Positions 35,356 through 47,856 of a stretch of 63,098 nucleotides of DNA are shown in pieces. Position 1 is the first letter of the stretch. Each line of letters starts with the position of its first letter. The notes under the pieces are model-generated. The model searched no databases, was not told where the DNA came from, and saw nothing but the letters and a program-made list of their open reading frames with translations. Both the position numbers and the translations under genes were made by a program. The DNA lies in the NCBI GenBank assembly GCA_049999805.1, contig JBNGIO010005370.1:1-63098 (forward strand). The letters are read 5' to 3'. This DNA comes from Folioceros fuciformis. Lineage: Eukaryota.

Positions 35356-38300
35356 TTAAACTGAAACTTCCTTTGCTAGGACCTGGCTTCCGTCGCGCCT
35401 GCTACCCTTGGGCCCGGCTCTTGAATCATGATACAACGAGCTTTCGAGCTCGGATCTGATACCCTGAAGCAATCTATAAATCCTTGATTCTTGTTGGTGC
35501 CTGAAATCTCCGACCAGAAAATTGTGCACTTTCTGCTTGTGTTGCATCCAGGACTGGCCTGGATCTTTGCTTGCCCCTGCGGCCAGTTTCAAATTCTGTA
35601 TCTCTTCCACACAGTCCCGCATACCCGCATTGGCGTAGATATTGGTCATCATCGCATACGCCGCGCCATGTCTTGGTTCTAAGCACACAGCATTGTCGAA
35701 GGCTCGCCGCCCTAATGCCAAGTTGCCGTATTTTTGGCACGCCCCCAACAAGGACAGCCAGACAGGCAAGTCTGGTTCCACCGACATTTCTGAAAGCAAC
35801 TCTTCCGCCTTGATAAAAAGCCCGGCACGGCCAACAAGATCCACCACACAGGCGTAGTGCGCGAGTTGTGGATGGATTCCATACTCTCTGGTCATGGTTT
35901 CGAAGTAGTCCAACCCCTCAGCCACTGATCCAGCATGACTGCAAGCAGTGAGGAGTGCTAGAAACGTGACACTGTCTGGCTTCTCTCCTGAAAGGCACAT
36001 GGCATCAAAGCATCGTATGCTCATCTGACAATCTCCTTCTCGGGCATAGCCAGCTATAAGAGCAGTCCACGAGACAGTATCAGGCTGATGTAATGAATCA
36101 AAGACGACCTGCGCATCTGCCATGCTTCCACATTTACCATAGGCGTGGATGAGGCTGTTCGCAAGGGTGAGGCTACGCATCCCGGTACTGTCGACAATTT
36201 TTTGGTGGACTTGCCAACAGTTGTCCAGGGCTCCTGTGTTGCCACAGGCCTCCAGGACAGCGATATAAGTGGGCTCATGAGGGATAATGCCTTCTGCTTG
36301 CATCTGTGCGTACAGTTGCAGAGCTTTGTCTCCTTGGTCCTGCTGGGCATATCCTGCAATCATCGCAGTCCATGACACAACATCACGCTGCGGAGATTGG
36401 GCAAACATGTGTTCCGCATCTCTGATACTCCCACACTTTGCATACGTGCTAACCAATGCACTCCCAAGGAACAACGTCAGTGGAAACCCCCGTCTAGAAG
36501 CTCCAGCATGCAGTTCTTTCACTAGTTTCAGAGACTCAACCTTCACTATTTGCCCCTCCACATTTGTGCTCTTCTCCTCTGCTGCAATGCTGCCACATGC
36601 TTGGAGAGCACTGACAAAGGTTTGACCATCTGGAGGCACACCTTCCTGTTGCATTTCCTCATACATTTGCAACGCCATGTGGCCTCGCTCATGCTGGGCA
36701 TAGGACGCGATTATTGCTGTCCATGACACAACATCACGCTGGGACAAACCATGGAAGACCTTTTGTGCATCTGTGAGGCTCCCACACTTCGCATAAACGC
36801 TAACTAAAGTGCTCGCAATGAACACATCTGCACCTAGTCCCCAGAAAGTAGCTCTGGCATGTATTTCCTTTCCCTTTTGGAGGGACTGCAGTTTGATGTG
36901 TTGTCCATTCACGAGTGCAGGATCCTCCTCCTCTGCAAGCGTGCCACATGCTTGAAGGGTAGCAACACAGGTCCGTCCATCTGGTGTCATACCCTCCATT
37001 CCCATTTGCCGCAGCATCTGCAAGGCTTTTGTCCCTTCCCCTTGTTGAGCATAGAATGCGAGTACAGTGTTCCATGATACAATATCGCGCTGAGACAACC
37101 CATCAAAAACTTGCTGCATGTCTATACTGCTCCCACACCTGCCATACATGCTAAGCAATGCGTTCCCAACAAAAAAGTCTGTCCCAACACCTCTCTGAGT
37201 AGCCGCGGCATGAATCTCCTTCCCCTTCCTTAATGACTGAATCTTGACAATACTCCCATCCATGGATACACCTATCTCCTTTTCTGCAAGCATTCCACAT
37301 GCCTGAAGAGCACTAACGAAAACTCGCTGATTCGGTCTGATCCCTGCTTCCTGCATCTGCTCATACATCTGTAAAGCCATCACTCCTTGGTTTTGCTGTG
37401 CATATGCTGCGGCCATGGCAGCCCACAACACTGCATCTCGCTGTGTCAATCCATTGAAGACCTGTTGTGCATCCACAAGGCTCCCACTCTTTGCGTACAT
37501 GCTAACCAGACTGCTACCAACAAAGAGATCTGAATCAAATCTTCTCACAGCGGCTGCAGCATGCAATGCCTTTCCCTGTTGCAACAACCGCATTTTAACC
37601 TTCTGCCCGTTGACAACTGCGAGGTCATCATCCTCAGAAATTGCACCACAAGCTTGAAGAACACTGACAAAGGTCCGTGCATCTGGACTTACTCCCTCAT
37701 GTTGCATTCGACAATAGATTTGCAAAGCATTATCTCCTTGGCCCTGTTGAGCATACGCTGCAAGAATTGCGTTCCATGAGACTACATTACGCTCGGACAA
37801 TCTGTCGAAAGTCAGTTGTGCATCCGCAATGCTCCCACACTTGGCATACATACTAACTAGGGAGCTTCCCACAAAAACGTCTGTTTCTAGCCCATATTCC
37901 ACAGCCTCTGAATGAATGCGCTTGCCCGCTTGCAGATCTTGTAATCTGCCGCATGCCTTGAGTAGGGCAACAAAGGTATGATTGTCAGGGCGGATACCTT
38001 CCTGAAGCATCTGCTCATACCCTACAAGTGCCTCCCGGCATTTACCAGCTTTGACATGCCCTGCTAGGACGGCTGTCCACGAGAAAACAGTCCGCTGTGA
38101 CAACCTCTGGAACACTTCCAGCCCATCCTCTAGGCCTCCACAATTCACCAACGTTATCACCACAAGATCCAAAAGTCTGTTAGATTCCAGCCCACAATTT
38201 TCCAGATGAGAATGTACCACTTTGGCCTCTGCAAGGGCCCTCTTCCTTGCGCAGGCCTGCAACAGGTGTCTGTAAACGTGCACCGAAGCCACACTACCCT

Positions 38301-38445
38301 GTTCATCCATGCGCTGCAAGGCAAGCAGTGCCCTTTCCAGTTTCCCTTCCTTGCATAAACTTTCGATGTGCCATGATGGGTCAATTTCTCCAGAGGTAAC
38401 CCGCCACCTGGAAAACCCAAGATGCCAGGTTACAAACAGACTCAC
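35356..38445 (-). CDS. PLS-class PPR protein with E/E+ region and no DYW; probable organellar RNA-editing specificity factor
   Basis: Repeated P-L-S motifs (LVSMYAKCGS...DVVSWTAMIAGYAQ), then HYACVVDLVGRAG and KDPGQSW. 5' end uncertain (acceptor-like TTTTCCAG near 38408). Confidence 0.95.
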   Translation of the reverse strand: MSLFVTWHLGFSRWRVTSGEIDPSWHIESLCKEGKLERALLALQRMDEQGSVASVHVYRHLLQACARKRALAEAKVVHSHLENCGLESNRLLDLVVITLVNCGGLEDGLEVFQRLSQRTVFSWTAVLAGHVKAGKCREALVGYEQMLQEGIRPDNHTFVALLKACGRLQDLQAGKRIHSEAVEYGLETDVFVGSSLVSMYAKCGSIADAQLTFDRLSERNVVSWNAILAAYAQQGQGDNALQIYCRMQHEGVSPDARTFVSVLQACGAISEDDDLAVVNGQKVKMRLLQQGKALHAAAAVRRFDSDLFVGSSLVSMYAKSGSLVDAQQVFNGLTQRDAVLWAAMAAAYAQQNQGVMALQMYEQMQEAGIRPNQRVFVSALQACGMLAEKEIGVSMDGSIVKIQSLRKGKEIHAAATQRGVGTDFFVGNALLSMYGRCGSSIDMQQVFDGLSQRDIVSWNTVLAFYAQQGEGTKALQMLRQMGMEGMTPDGRTCVATLQACGTLAEEEDPALVNGQHIKLQSLQKGKEIHARATFWGLGADVFIASTLVSVYAKCGSLTDAQKVFHGLSQRDVVSWTAIIASYAQHERGHMALQMYEEMQQEGVPPDGQTFVSALQACGSIAAEEKSTNVEGQIVKVESLKLVKELHAGASRRGFPLTLFLGSALVSTYAKCGSIRDAEHMFAQSPQRDVVSWTAMIAGYAQQDQGDKALQLYAQMQAEGIIPHEPTYIAVLEACGNTGALDNCWQVHQKIVDSTGMRSLTLANSLIHAYGKCGSMADAQVVFDSLHQPDTVSWTALIAGYAREGDCQMSIRCFDAMCLSGEKPDSVTFLALLTACSHAGSVAEGLDYFETMTREYGIHPQLAHYACVVDLVGRAGLFIKAEELLSEMSVEPDLPVWLSLLGACQKYGNLALGRRAFDNAVCLEPRHGAAYAMMTNIYANAGMRDCVEEIQNLKLAAGASKDPGQSWMQHKQKVHNFLVGDFRHQQESRIYRLLQGIRSELESSLYHDSRAGPKGSRRDGSQVLAKEVSV

Positions 38446-38985
38446 ATTTTTACTACCATTTCCTATGATCTGTCAGATACTAAGATGAATTAAGCAGAGA
38501 ACGCCCACCTTCCTCCATAGATCCGCAGGGACAGTGATACACACGGCATCGTCAACCCAAAGCCCCACCCCTGCAGCTGCCCGTGTCCAGCATGGTCACC
38601 TCACACTCCGTGCCCACTCATCGCTCGTCTGCCTTGCAGAAGGCAGCATTCCAGGCTTGGCCAACCAGGGCCCCCACTTCTCTTCTGCACGTGTGGATAC
38701 CATGACAACGGTAGTCACTGGAAAACGTGCGGGCAGCACCTGTCCTTTCAAGCGGAGACATGGGCTGCGGCATGTCTTGTGGAAAGATCTCGCAAGGCCA
38801 GCTCATGGCTGGGGACAACGCTACAGAAATGGCATTTGGACAAACGAGCCTAGCAAATGCACGCTTCAATGAAATACTGATCATACATCACCTGGTCCGC
38901 AAAGCCTAAGTACAATCAGTCGGCGCATCCGACTGCGAAGTCCACAAAGTGATAGGCTATACACGCCATCCACAAGGCTATTATC

Positions 38986-41900
38986 TTACAAAGGACAAGC
39001 GACTTGGGGCCGCAGACTGTCTGCTAAACTTGAAAACCTCTTCGCTAGCTGAATTTCATCCACGCTGATGTAGTGCTTTCCCGTGCCCGCATCTGCCATC
39101 TTCTGCAAAGTTGCCACGTACTTTTGCTTACCGAAGAGGATGGTGTGGAAGATGAGACTGGGGTTGCTGTCCTTCATTTTCTTCACCATGGGGATCGGAT
39201 CTGTGCCCTTTTCATTCTTACCGTCACTAAGGAAGATGACAACAGGGGGCTTGTCTTTCATGTCGGCTCGCTGTGAAGCTCGCTGCAGAATCTTCTCAAC
39301 CTTTTCCAGGCAGAGCGAGTAGTTGGTTCCCCAAGGCAAGGTGTATTGACAGAGACCGGCCGCCAACGCGCGCACGTCTGATATGGGCTGCCCCTCGAGT
39401 ACGATGTCGGCCTTGCCGGAGAAGACGACAACGGACAAGAAATCTGATTGACCTGCCGCAACGCGGGTACGGATGAAGCGGATAACGGCTTCGTAGACGC
39501 ATCCCAGCCGATTGTCGAGGGACCTTGTCTGCCAATTTAGCGTTGGTCTCATGTCCCTCTCGAACATAGAGCCTGACTTGTCGATGGCGAACACCACGTG
39601 GCTTGGAGTATCTTTCACGTGAGTGCAACGGAAGACATGGCCGTCCTTCGTCACATGCGCTGCTGTTGCACTCGATTGTGTCGTGCTGACAGGTTGGTGC
39701 CACAACCTCTCAATGCAGTAGGATCGATTTTGCGGTGTGTGTTCTTCCGAAGGGCAGTAGTGTCCGCACATCTCGAACTGCTTCTGATCTTCTTCTTGGC
39801 AGGGGTCCTTGAACTTGAAGTACTTCCAATAAGCTGCGTGTGTCATTTCATCTTTGGGGACGGTCGTGTCAGGCCCATATTCTCTGGTCTGATGCCTTGC
39901 TCCTTCACAAATTCCTTCCTTGCATGCCTTGGACAGATCCGTTCGGTACTCCATCTCTCTCTCATCCGAGTCAGATCGCGAGAGCTCCTTCCTGCCATGG
40001 GCAATCCCAGGACATGTGACGAGGTGGATGTGGCCGCGGCCTCGGTTTCTGCAATGCATCATGCACATCTCGGCCACGCAAGATTCTCCCCACGCATATT
40101 TCCTGTCCCCTAAGTCGATTTCTTCTGAGTCTGCCACAAAACGTACGTCTCTCATGTTTCCATGTGTGGTCTCATGTAAGCCTGGATGCCCAAGGGGAAG
40201 ATGGCAGATGTATGCACAAACTGGACATCTTGTGGGGCAAAGGTGTACTGCTGCGGGATTGAGGGTGTGGCAGTGCTTGCCATCGTGTTTGTCCTTCCAG
40301 GGTGGAATCGGGATACAGCATGGTTTCCTGATCCCACCCTGCTCAGAAACATGGTCGTAGACAAATTGAGATCGCTTTCCCCAAAAGACCTGGGGCTTCT
40401 TGACCACCTCTGTCACGATCTCGCAGATTCCATCAGCCTCACAGTTCATCGGGCAAGTGTGTTGGTCACCGCAAAAATGGCTCGCATAGTAAAGAGAATG
40501 AAAGTGATCCTCGATTCCACACTTTCTGTTGCATCCGTCCATGATGCACGTCATGGGACACATCTTTTCGTGACATTCATGGTCATGGTGTTCTCCACAG
40601 TCAACAGCGATAGTACAGGGGTTGCTACACTCCGGTAGAGAACACTTCTTTGCACACACGTGCTGCCTGGTATTGCACCTGTGGTCTCCTTCATGTCCAG
40701 GCCTCTTTGCACAATGCTGGTTGCAGTTGGATGAGTTCAGAAGAGCACACATGTTCGAACATGTGTGGTTCCTCAGCTTACAGTCATGTGGACCGTCATG
40801 TCCCGAGCGATCGCTACACTCATGACACTGCAAGCCCTTTGATTGCTCTTCAAGGCAAAACGTACAAACCGCCGAGCAGTTATGCGTCCCCCTGCAAGTA
40901 TGCTTGTCTGAATGATTTTTTTCAATACTGCATCTCAGGAAACAGGTCTCGCACTTGCTTATACAGAGGGACAGGCTCTGCTTCACTTCCGCCAGGGTGG
41001 CAATGGCTTCCAAACGAAGCTTCTGAACATCAACATATGCATCCAGCTCCTGGAACTCTTCTGTGTTGCACCTGAGCCACTCCAGAATTCTGTTCCTCCG
41101 CCTATCAGCCAATGCCATGAGAAATTTCTCGAAGGAAGTGTGCCAACGCTCATCATCCATACCAGTCCGCTTCTCCACACATTGAAAACGGTCATTTAGG
41201 GCTTCAACAATGTCACTTATCACTTGTGTCTCCTCCGAAGGGTACAGTTCCAAGCCAGTATCAACGACATGGAACATAACACCATCAACCTCTACAGGCA
41301 TATCAGCAACTTCCTTCTGAGTTGCGAAGTCTGTCAGGACATGGCTGGCTCCCTGGCCCATAAGCTTTCCCAAGGAGATGGCCGATCGCATGTGTCGCTT
41401 CAGGAGCTCCACTTTTAGAGTCAAGCGCTTGGAGTCAATTGGAGACCAATCCTTGGTAGCTATCTGAGCCATCACCAGCTTCAGGTCTACTGCAAAGCTG
41501 CTGCCATTGCAGTGGACCGCTTTCAGTTCCTCCTTGACGAGTGTAGCTATAGAGGCAACACTTTCGTAATACTCCAACTTTTGGAAAGGTGACATCGTTG
41601 CTATCACAACATTCCCGCCGTACATCTTTGTAAGAAAATTGTCCACAGATTCTTTACAAATGCCGGATACCTTGTCTGTGAACGCTAATGTCAACGCATC
41701 GACATCTACACCATTCACGTCTTTGATAGCCAGGTAAAAGAGGCCTTTGAAGAGCCGGCTGTCCTCCTTCACCAAGCTTACGCCATTCTGAAAGCGCTTG
41801 AAGACAACTTCTGTGTCTTTGTCCAGAGAAAAGTCCTGCCCAGATCATGTAGTTAGCCTCACCCATATAATGCCTGTTGTACCACTCATGACCCAAATGC

Positions 41901-44900
41901 ACAAGGTAGGATTGGAGGTCGTACCTTTTTATTGAATATAGTGATGTTGCTCACGGCCGCATTTAGAAGAGAGAGGAGCATATCCTCCTGCTCGCTTCTC
42001 TCAAAGCTTCCCAATCCCTCAAAGTCCAGAAGAACATACAAGCAGCTCTTGGATTCACGTATAGTCATCCACGCTCCGTCTGTGCATCTGCCTCCAGACA
42101 CGTCGAGTAGCGAACCAGCCAAGTGGTTAAGCAGGTACGACTTCCCACTGCTCTGCTTACCCATGGACGATATCACTTTGAGATTCCCAGACCAGTGGGC
42201 TAACACGGACTCGTAAAAACCAAATCGCAGGGCCTCAGCTAGCTCCACTGCATTTCCATACATGAGATTGGGATTTTGCAGCCCGTCTACTAAAGGCCGC
42301 AAGCTGTTGTTCTCGGCTCGCGCTAGTTGAATGGGAACAAGGCAAACAAGGCGTCGAGTCCAATCCCCTAGTTTGGCTCTGTTTCTACCTCCTGTGCTCT
42401 CCAGAAGAGCATTATCGACGATGTAGCTGTCCACATTGCCCGATGAAAGATGTACCGTCAGATGCGAGAGATCTTTCCCATTTTCCGCTGCCAGCCTGCG
42501 TATGGAATCGTTGACGTACTTCACAGACTCACGCTTCAAAGCCTCCAGTTTCTCCCTGGATTCTCCAGCGAAAAGCAGATGAAGATGGAGTTCTTTTATC
42601 TCTTCGATCAGAGGGGGGTTCGTAGCATACTTCTCATATATGTGATAAATATATTCCAAAGCCGGACAGCCATGGCCAACCGTGTCGTTGCGTGCAGAGG
42701 AAATGCGAGCGCTGTCCATAAGTTGCAGCTGGCAGGCTTCAGAAGCGGATGTGATGTCCAAAACCTTGGAGCATATTCCTCTCTCCGGCCTTGAAACATC
42801 CAGAAGTACGAGATGGACCTGACTTCCGAAGGCCACTACTGTTGCATCAATGCTCACTACGTCTGCTACTGCGTAGTCAAGGCTGAGTGTCTTCAGATGC
42901 CTTATTGACTCGCCAAGTAGGTAGACCTCAACCTTCAAAATACCTTCAGCATACTTTTCCATCTCAAGCTGGGTACCAGTCTGGCCCCTATCTCGCGCCA
43001 ACCCGTCTAGATCTGTTGCTGGGTCAGGTCCGCCTGGAAGAAACTTGTAGAAGGCCATCAAACAAGATCCATCTGTGGAAACACAAATCTTATGGGCAGG
43101 ACCAGGTAACTGCATGTCCCCTGCTTTCTGCATGGCAGTGCTCATTTCGAACACCCGAACTCTGAATTCTTCGTCAACTAGCACCATTTCTCTCCTCCCA
43201 GGGATGAACGACAATGACTTCAGGACACCGATTCCACAGTGCTCGCGGAGCTCCAAGGTAACTCCAGAACACTCCAACACGCGGAAGGATTCGTCCTGAA
43301 AGATGAGGATCTCGATTTTGGCCAATTCCCTATCATACAAGCCAACGAGTTTTGCAGTTTCATCCACTGCCACAAGGTCGTAACCCCTCTTGAAGGTCTT
43401 GACGGGAGGCACGGCTCGCATATCTACACCCAATGAAGAGAGCACAAAAAGATGAAGAGCTACCCCTTCACGGTCCTCCATGAACACTAAAAGCGGACCT
43501 GATTTTACGGCAACTACCTGAGACAGCATCTCCGATTCCATATCCACCTCAATCAACCCAAGGTTCTCTGAACACCTGGGATTGATGACGAGTCCGGAGT
43601 CAGACATGAGATGTTGCAAATCCTCTTGCATTGGTGTAAACTCCGCGACCTCCCACGAGATCCGCTGACTCTCTGTCTTCTCAAACTCGTACTGAAGAAC
43701 CAGCTGTTTGGCACGGTTTTCAGCTTGTGAGGTGACGCCTAGAATGAAGTTTCGTGCTTGGTTATACTTGCCTTGTTCCTTCCAAAAGCACCTTGAAACG
43801 GACAGACGATGTTCTTGATGTGTCCCACTGGACAGCTGCTTTTGCACAAACTGCCGTACTTCCCTTTCCTGGCGGCGCTCCAAGATCTTCGTGACATGTT
43901 TACGTCTTACTTCAAACTCAATCTTCTTCTTCAACAAGGGGGCCACCTCTTCGCTAACCATTTTCTTGAGTCGGCTGGAAAATTCTTCAAGGGCTTGTTT
44001 ATAAGCCTCTCGCACCAGATCCAGCATCCATTTCCTTTCCTCAGGAGCAATCTTGTCCAAGGGGAGATCTCCGCTGGAAAACTCTGACCTTACGCTGTTG
44101 GTCACTCCCTTTGTCTTCAGCAACTCCTGAAGAGCTCGTTTTGAAAATTGATCCTGGAATTGGCTCTTCTTGTCACCCCGAGACACCGCAATCTTGTATG
44201 CAACTTCTAAAATTCGAGAACGGATGCCACATGCATCTGATTCATTGAAGACCTCAGGAGTTGCAAGTGCCCAGGCCAGAGCATCGATCGAGGCCTGGAA
44301 AGGGCGCACAATAGGCCTGCCATATTGCTCCATCCATGTCAGCATTCCGTTCACTGATGTTTCGTCTGTAACAAGCTGACCTTTCCAGTCCTGTGGATTT
44401 TGAGTGGAGGCATTGCCGTACTGGATGGTGACGCCAATAAGTCGACACGTTAGAATTGGGCCTTCGCAGAAATCCTCGCTGGGAGCCTTGCATATCAGCC
44501 TAATATGACTTTTGGGCGTGGCCAGAAACCCTTCTCCATCACCTTTGGGCGTGGCCACAAATTCTTCCCCATAAAGAATAGGGCCTGCCGATAATCCTTC
44601 AGACCGCAGTGGTGAGGAAATCCTATCCACGATGAACTTTGCAGTGCCACTGTACGGTTTCCACGCGCTGTTCGTGTCTTTCTCTATCATTTGGAATTCT
44701 GTACCAACAAAAATGAAAGATCCACATTTCTTTCTTGCTTGAAGCTGGCCAACATCGCCTGTCCAGATATCAACCAGGGCAGCTTCTGCCTGAAGCAGAT
44801 CATTCGGTTGGAACACACTGTGCACGGGTGACGACGCAACACCGGAAGGGGAAACCCCAGAAGTTGTTAACAGCCCCTGGAGCCATGGATGGTACCGATC

Positions 44901-46094
44901 TAAGTACGCCTTTGAGGCATCTCCGCTTAAAATTCTCAGAACGGTCTGTTGTTCGCCTTGCATGAGATCTTCTATTGCGGAAGACTTTCCCCTTTGAACA
45001 CAATGATTCTTCCTGTCTTCCTGGGACTTCCTCAGCGAGCGAAACCCTGTGCTCCATTCAAAACCAGCATGCTCCAAAAACAGACAAAGTTCTTGGTAAG
45101 GTAGCTGCGTGAAGTCAAGATGAAAGGAGCCACACCAGCCCTGCACAAGATTGGCTAAGAGTTGACTGTCCACTGTCTCCTTGTCCTGTGTCAGAGTTGT
45201 CTTAGCAGGGACCACTGACGAAGAAAGCAAAACGCAACGGTGAAGACCGCCAGCCAGTCTGCAACTAGTCTCCAAGCGGGAAGATGTGCCCACATTGCCT
45301 AGCGTCTTCGAATCCCTTGAGACTCTTGAGAGGAATGTAGGACACTCGCGAAAACCCTCCCGCAGCTTCACATCGTTCTCTGCCTGCTTGATCTTAGATA
45401 TCTGGAGCCTCTGCGTACGCTGCTTTCTGGGAGCGGCACTGGTAGAGCGTGCCGAGGTCATGAGAGACAAATCCACATCATTTTCATCGTCCAGGCAGAT
45501 GTAGACAGTGGCACACAAGTCCGCCACATACCGAATGAAGTTGCAAGACACATGCTTCCGGGAGGCCTTCACCATTCGCGCGCCCTCATGCCAATACACA
45601 ATGAACAACACTCCCTGATGAAGAAAGGCATAGATCCCTACATCACGAGAGTTCGACATCGAGGACACAACACCATGAAGCCCAAGCTTCGCGAAAATTT
45701 GAGCGATGACCTTCTTGCTTCCATACAGTCCCACAACGTGGGCAGACTCACTGTTCAACGCGTTGAAGTCCAGCAGCGTCGTCCCATCGCGACATGCCGC
45801 TGACTTGAGCCTGACCTCATTGCAAAATCTTTCAATCTCATCAGGAGGTATGATAACCTTCTCCACGAAGCCGTATCCCTGCTTGTCCAGCCTCAGGTGC
45901 ATGAGCGTGTGCAAAGTTGGCCCCTCGATCGAATCTCTTGCACTTGCATTACTTCTGGCATATGCATCAGGAGACACCTCTGGAACCTCGTGCGCGACAT
46001 GGATCCGACGGACGGAAATAAGGCCGTCTTGTGCGATTGGAGGGAATGCGACTGCCGTGTCGCAGTCCTCTTTTTCCGGATTCTTAGATCCCAT
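38986..46094 (-). CDS. Giant protein (~2,339 aa): long N-terminal region, GBP/atlastin-like GTPase, Cys/His-rich repeats, C-terminal VWA
   Basis: Exon 1 46094-41925 and exon 2 41835-38986, joined by an 89-nt phase-0 GT-AG intron. G1 MGKQSSGKSYLLN, G2 RCTDG, G3 LLDFEGL; many C/H motifs; MIDAS DKSGS and VIFLSDG. Confidence 0.9.
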
Positions 46095-47856
46095 GATGGT
46101 TTCCAGCTAAACCTGCGCTCTCCTGCAACCAAGTTGCCTCCTATTAGTTACCTGGAGAGTGACTGACATTCATGAAATACACTTCAAATTTGCATTTGCA
46201 CGTCGCACAACTGAGCTACCGTCATCTCCAACCCGCACCAAGCGTTCAATCGACAGCTACCTTACAAGCTTGAAGACTACCGCCTCTCCACCCGCTACTT
46301 GCAACTCGAGAAATGCCTATCACTACAACAAGGATACGCCGGTGTCTTGGGACTGGCACGAAATTGTTACAGCACGCACAAGCTGGTATTTTCGGACACG
46401 CACAACATAAGAGCACGAAGCAATGTTCTCAATCATAAGACAACTGTGTGGACTCTCACAAGACAGCAGGTGAGTTCCTCTCGAGGAGGAACTCTCCGCT
46501 GCTCTCCCCGGCAGGCGAAGACCTCGACGAAGATGCTCTATCCGGCCAGAGCGCGCGGTATAATATAGGAACTTGGGAGAAGGATTTGTGAAATTCCTAG
46601 CTCGGGATCACACACCACGCTTCTTCTTACACAACTAAGGGTCGGGTGGAGGCACAGGCACACAATCAAGGAGCGTGTGCTTGCCTTTTGTTCCACCAAG
46701 CACATATGTTCCTAAGGTAACTTGGCAACTTAGAACACTCCTTACTCCATGGGCTCGTTGGGTCCGTCATGAACTCTGTGCTCCCTTTTTCGTTCTTTAG
46801 AACAAACAGCCTAAATCCGATGAAACAATCGCTGTGGTCCGCCTGTCAATCAGTGGGTGCAATCACATACTTGACGTGCGACGGGGCATTAGATTTATTT
46901 AATCCGTTGTTGACTGGGCCGTGCACCTGCCTAGGCCATGCCTTGCACAACTTGGCAAAGCAAATTGCTAGCTGGAAGGAAGCGTCAAGTCTACGAACCC
47001 ACCTGCGAGCTCCTCGCTTCAAGAACAAGATTCTGGACTGCTGCAGGCTTGTGCAGTCATTATAAACAAGACAGATGCATGTACCTTCCTCCCAGCACGC
47101 GTGCACGACTTGCGTTTGGCTAGGGATCCATTGGCTGTAGCACTGAAGTCAGATCACCAGTTGTGGATTGGATTGGATTGGATGGGATTGAGGCAAGCCA
47201 GGGGTAAGCCCCGTGGGATGTCAAAAGCTAAATGAGAAGAGCTGGAAGAGGGCTGGAAGAAAATCACGGTTGATTGGAGAATCGCCGACCGGCCCCAGCA
47301 AGTGAAGAGAGTGAAGAACTTCTCCCTCACGAGCGGCGCACAGTGCGGTCCGGGTACCCCATGTGTGGCACGTATCCTGGACATACAAGGGAGTTGACTC
47401 TGTCACTTGGCCAGCCATTGACTTGGAAGGATTCCTCCCAATTGTTTTCTCAAAGTTTTTGAATTCGGTATTATCTGGTCAATGAGTAAAGTCCGGTACT
47501 CTCGGACTCGATTGCCAAGTGGGGTCAGGACTGGAGCCAAACGCTAGCGGAAGCACGATTTTACAGAGTCCGTCTACCACGGCTCTTTCATCTTACATCG
47601 TGACCAAGTTGATCGAGATGAAGATTCACTCACTTTGTGCTTCATTTTGCGTGCTCCTGCTCCTGTGCTAGTACATGTGCACCGAATTGGAAGCCATACC
47701 GGCATACAGGTGCTGGATGCTTTGATATTCATCTTGCTCGACATGAGCACCTCTGTGGCTTCGGTGCACATTTAGGAGGACGTGTTTCTTTACAAGAGCT
47801 ACCTCGGTCTTCTCGCATCCTTCAATGCTTTGGCCAAAAGGCGAGAGGGTCCACAC

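Noticed and set aside
38986-46094. Two separate genes (1402 aa and 929 aa) as in the ORF track
   Set aside because: An 89-nt GT-AG intron joins them in frame within the GTPase domain, and the paralog has the same intron.
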